A stretch of 64,000 bases of DNA, taken from NCBI GenBank assembly GCA_964016885.1, contig OZ024753.1, positions 11,470,001 through 11,534,000 of the forward strand. Direction: 5' to 3'. The position numbers were made by a program, and so were the translations under genes. This DNA comes from Eledone cirrhosa. Lineage: Eukaryota. Position 1 is the first letter of the stretch. Each line of letters begins with the position of its first letter. Shown one piece after another: positions 59,995 through 64,000 of this stretch. The notes below the pieces were generated by a model. It was not told the origin of the DNA and did no database searches. It saw only the letters and a program-made list of their open reading frames with translations.

Positions 59995-60305
59995 GTATAA
60001 GTGTATGTGTGTATGCTTGTGTATATATATGTGTAAATATAATGGATATATATATATATGTATAAGTGTATTGTGTATGCCTGTGTATATATATGTGTAA
60101 ATATAATGGATATATATATATATGTATAAGTGTATTGTGTATGCCTGTGTATATATATGTGTAAATATAATGGATATATATATGTATGTATAAGTGTATT
60201 GTGTATGCCTATGTATATATATGTGTAAATATAATGGATATATATATATGTATAAGTGTATTGTGTATGCATATGTATATATATGTGTAAATATAATGGA
60301 TATAT
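59994..60305. repeat. ~62-66-bp minisatellite, 5 copies
   Basis: TATAAGTGTATTGTGTATGCCTGTGTATATATATGTGTAAATATAATGGA(TA)n. Confidence 0.9.
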
Positions 60306-60648
60306 ATATATATATATATATATTTCTATACATATATGTAATCATTTACAAATGTGTACATATGCATGTAAGCACATCTTTCCCAAAAATTTAAGCGTAT
60401 AAAACGACATATACCGAGATAGATATCTTACATCTAACATTTTGATGGTTTAAACAACACACACTTAATATTTACACACAGATAGATACAATATAACCAT
60501 ATATCTATACATATATAAATATAGATACAAGCATGTATGTATATATGTATATATATATATATATAATACGCAAAATTTATATCTATACATATATAAATAT
60601 AGATACATGCATGTATATATATATATATATATATATAGATATATATAG

Positions 60649-60679
<31 letters not shown>

Positions 60680-60683
<4 letters not shown>

Positions 60684-60805
60684 AACGTGTAGGACCCCGA
60701 CGGCTGAGCTCAAGCCATTTCGACGGCTAATTCTGGATTCACCCTAAGTATTGAGTACTTTGGTGCGTTATGGTCCACCTGGTTCCTTACCACATTTCCT
60801 TCGTT
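60680..60805. mobile_element. Penelope-like family B, inverted plus direct pieces
   Basis: Consensus match. Confidence 0.75.
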
Positions 60806-60824
60806 TTATATATATATATATATA

Positions 60825-61010
60825 TAATTGTTTCTACTTTAGGCACAAGGCCAGCAATTAACCAGTGCATTACTCGTACTTTATTCTATCGACCCCGTAA
60901 GGATGAAAGGCAAAGTCAACCTCGGCGGGATTTGAACTCAGATCGTAAAGAGACGTAACTATGCTGGAAAGCATGGCGTCCGACCCTCTACCGATACTGC
61001 CAATCCACCA
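60825..61010 (-). mobile_element. SINE family 1
   Basis: Consensus match. Confidence 0.9.
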
Positions 61011-61264
61011 TTTTGCGTATTATATAATACGCAAAATTTATATCCATACATACATATATATATGTATATATATATATACAAATATCCCCCCCCCACATAT
61101 ATATATATATATATATAAATATACATATGCGTATATATATACAAATACACACATATATATGTGTGTGTATATATATATATACACAAATATACATATGTAT
61201 ATAATATACAAATACGCACACATTCATATATATATATACACATAGCCTTCATATCATGTCCTCC

Positions 61265-61335
61265 TGTTTTATCTGATGAAAACACAAATATTATTACATG
61301 ATGATGTTTGTTTTTGAAATGCGCATAATAAAATA
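61265..61335 (+). ncRNA. Type I minimal hammerhead ribozyme, solo copy between TA tracts
   Basis: TGTTTTAT-CTGATGA-AAAcACAAATATTA-TTACATGA-TGATGTTTGTtTTT-GAAA-T-GCGC-A-TA-ATAAAATA; palindromic ATGCGCAT, AUA triplet, predicted cut after 61327. Confidence 0.8.
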
Positions 61336-61890
61336 CATGGAACTCCTTTAACCATCTTTTGATCTTATATATTATATACACACATATATATATATACACA
61401 CATACACACAAACACACACACATATATATATATTCTTTTTTTGTTTGTTCTGCTTTCCTTCCATTGACGCTGTAAAATAAAAACTTCAATACTTATTCGC
61501 TCTGTATTATAGGAAATATATTTGAAAATTCTTATCACATCCTGAGTTTTATTGGTCCTACAGTAAATATAATATTAAACTTACTGGATCTATTCCAATT
61601 CCTCTTGAGACAAAATAACCATTGCAGGTTTGAAAAGTGAGAAGTTTCATATTTTACGAGTATATTTTCAAACTATATTTAATTTCGGTAGAAGAAAGAA
61701 AGAGTTCTCCCAACGGCAGTGAGAACATTTCTAATCTTTATCATCATCAGATACAATTATCTTATCATCAATATCAATTATATTATAGTATTGTAAACTC
61801 AAGACATATATTTATACATACACACCTATTTTTTTCTGTTTGTATATATATACAAATACCCATATTATATATATATATATATATATATAT

Positions 61891-62079
61891 AACGAAGGAA
61901 GCGTGGTAAGGAACCAGATGGACAATAAGACGTCATAGTACTGTATACTTAGGGTAGTAGAGTAGGTAATAGGAAAGTGTTTAACCCCGACGGCAGAGCT
62001 CAAGCCATTTCGACTGCTATTTCTGAACTGAAATAGCCGTCGACACGGCTTGAGCTTTGCCGTTGGGGTTAAACATTTT

Positions 62080-62082
<3 letters not shown>
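61891..62082 (-). mobile_element. Penelope-like family B variant with fold-back
   Basis: Consensus match; inverted arm at 62026-62082. Confidence 0.75.
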
Positions 62083-62115
<33 letters not shown>

Positions 62116-62329
62116 CACATATATACATATATATATATACATATATATACGTATACATGCATATATATATACATATATATGTATATATGCGTATACATGT
62201 ATATACATTCATATATATATACCATACACAAAACGCCAGCACCAACAGTTTTGCAAGATATGTCAACATGAATGGACCTATTATTTTTATCTAAAGACAT
62301 TTTTTCCAATTCCATCCCCTCAATCTACC

Positions 62330-62420
62330 TTATTTCTCATTCTTTCTTCTGGTGAAGAAGAACTAGTGTCCAAAACGTTAAGACCCTCTTCCTGCTATAT
62401 CAAGCGTTAACCTAATATAT
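62330..62420 (+). mobile_element. Family F Penelope-like tail with degenerate hammerhead
   Basis: GTGAAGAAGAACTAGTGTCCAAAACGTTAAGACC..CAAGCGTTAACCTAATA. Confidence 0.55.
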
Positions 62421-62434
62421 GCCTTCCTCTCTTC

Positions 62435-62497
<63 letters not shown>

Positions 62498-62521
62498 GTT
62501 TCAGCTTATTATAGGAAATTA

Positions 62522-62703
62522 TAATTGTTTCTACTTTTGGCACAAGGCCAGTAATTAACCAGTATATTACTGGTACTTTATTTTATCGACCCAGTAAGGA
62601 AGAAAGGCAAAGTTAACCTCGGCGGGATTTGAACTCATAATGGAAAAGGCCGTAACTCTTTGCGTCAAAGCATGGCGTCCGACCCTCTACCGATACTGCC
62701 AAT
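62522..62703 (-). mobile_element. SINE family 1
   Basis: Consensus match. Confidence 0.9.
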
Positions 62704-63079
62704 AAAACTACTTTACTGTAATGTACATCGATCCCTTTTACGAGCTCCCAAATAGCACTTCAGTTGATCGTTATCTGAAGGTAAAGCTTATCTCAATAGT
62801 TTGATAATGTGGAAATATGTATGTAGAGACACAAAGTCTGGATGATAGAATTATTTAGCAGAGATTTGAAATGATTCGTACTTCAAACGATACAAATGAT
62901 TATACAGGGTCTTGCTTCTGTAGCATATTTTGTTTTTCAATAGATATCTTCTTCCATGTAGAAATCTCCAAGATGGCCGACTGATTATGAATGATCTTTT
63001 TTTGTTTTCCCCTTTTCTCCTTATTTTCCTCTTTCCTTCCGATTAGCATTTTTAATTTCTATTTATCTTCTATTGCTAA

Positions 63080-63205
63080 CTCTATCTTCTGAAGAAGGAG
63101 TAGTGTCCGAAACCTTACGACGTCCTTCCTGCTATTTCAAGCGTTAAACTAGTATATTTTTTCCATTTACTCCACCGTTTGTTTTGTTATTTGTGTTTAC
63201 CTTTT
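63080..63205 (+). mobile_element. Family F Penelope-like tail with degenerate hammerhead
   Basis: CTGAAGA-aGGA-GTAGTG-TCC-GAAA-CCTTA..CAAGCGTTAAACTAGTA. Confidence 0.55.
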
Positions 63206-64000
63206 ATATACATAGATATTTATTGACCCTACAAAATGGCTGTTTATACATATATTTTTCAATCCTCCAAACATTTGAACATTGCTTTAGACATAAAACA
63301 AGTGTATTTTATTATCGCCATTGAACGATTGTGAAAGAACGTTAAACAAGTTTGATATTGAGAACGGGGTGATTTTTACATCCTTGGCTGTGTAAAATAC
63401 TTCAGCTGCGCGCCATTGAGAAGATGGTGGGTTTGTATTCCAGTATGACACCGTGTGATACCTGCTATATCTGACGTTTTATTTCAGGCGTAAGGATACC
63501 TACCATTCGATTTGAAGCAGGGAAACTGGGGCCTAAGGAGCAAGGATACCGTAGGATTGAAACCGACAAGCAAAGAAATGATTCGGTCATTGAACCATAA
63601 ATTGGGCTTTCTACCAACTCAACTGCGCTGTGTATTTTTCAACAAAGTTTTGAGCTCTGCATGCATCGAAGACAGAGTTGCAATAGTTAGAGTTTCATTT
63701 GATATAACTACACCATTCAAACGACAAAACTTTGTGTAAAGGCTTTGTGATCAAATATGAGAGTCTGCAGATGTTACATATTATTGACGTCCCCCTTAAT
63801 GTAATTTTTTAAAGCCTGTTGATGAAAACAAACACACACTTCGGAGGCAAGAAAGTGGGAGCTGTCCAAAGACATTGCCAGTGGATCCACAGTGACATTT
63901 GTACAGTTGCGCAACGTGACATCAAGGCAAAAGTCAAGTAAGATGCCAGTGCTCTCGTCTTCCAGAAGGGTACTGGTTGACGAAGTAACTTCCCCACAGC

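Noticed and set aside
61715-61760. Minus-strand CTGATGA..GAAA hammerhead candidate
   Set aside because: No stem III, cleavage triplet or stem I partner

Overview
Eukaryotic, very AT-rich, microsatellite-saturated DNA. The dominant ~190-bp tRNA-derived SINE and the repeat landscape point to an octopus/coleoid cephalopod genome (recognised from memory, not searched). No intact host gene is recognisable, and nearly all long ORFs in the track are translations of (TA)n/(CA)n/(GA)n tracts. Real coding remnants are transposon-derived: an R4/Dong-like RLE retrotransposon (35996-37866, -), an RTE-clade fragment (34129-34562, -) and a Tx1/L1-like fragment (~11.2-12.0 kb, -). There are also hAT and Tc1/mariner MITEs, a Helentron-like element, two SINE families and several minisatellites. 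The most striking signal is a hidden ribozyme layer. A near-identical 558-bp tandem array (5054-7471, plus an inverted 274-bp piece at 4780-5053) carries a type I hammerhead ribozyme fold in every unit, and its 5' end lies 12 nt from the predicted self-cleavage site, as expected for a retrozyme/Penelope-type circular RNA element. At least five other unrelated families of hammerhead-bearing Penelope-like fragments are scattered through the window, mostly embedded in (TA)n. All folds were derived by eye and need computational and experimental confirmation.
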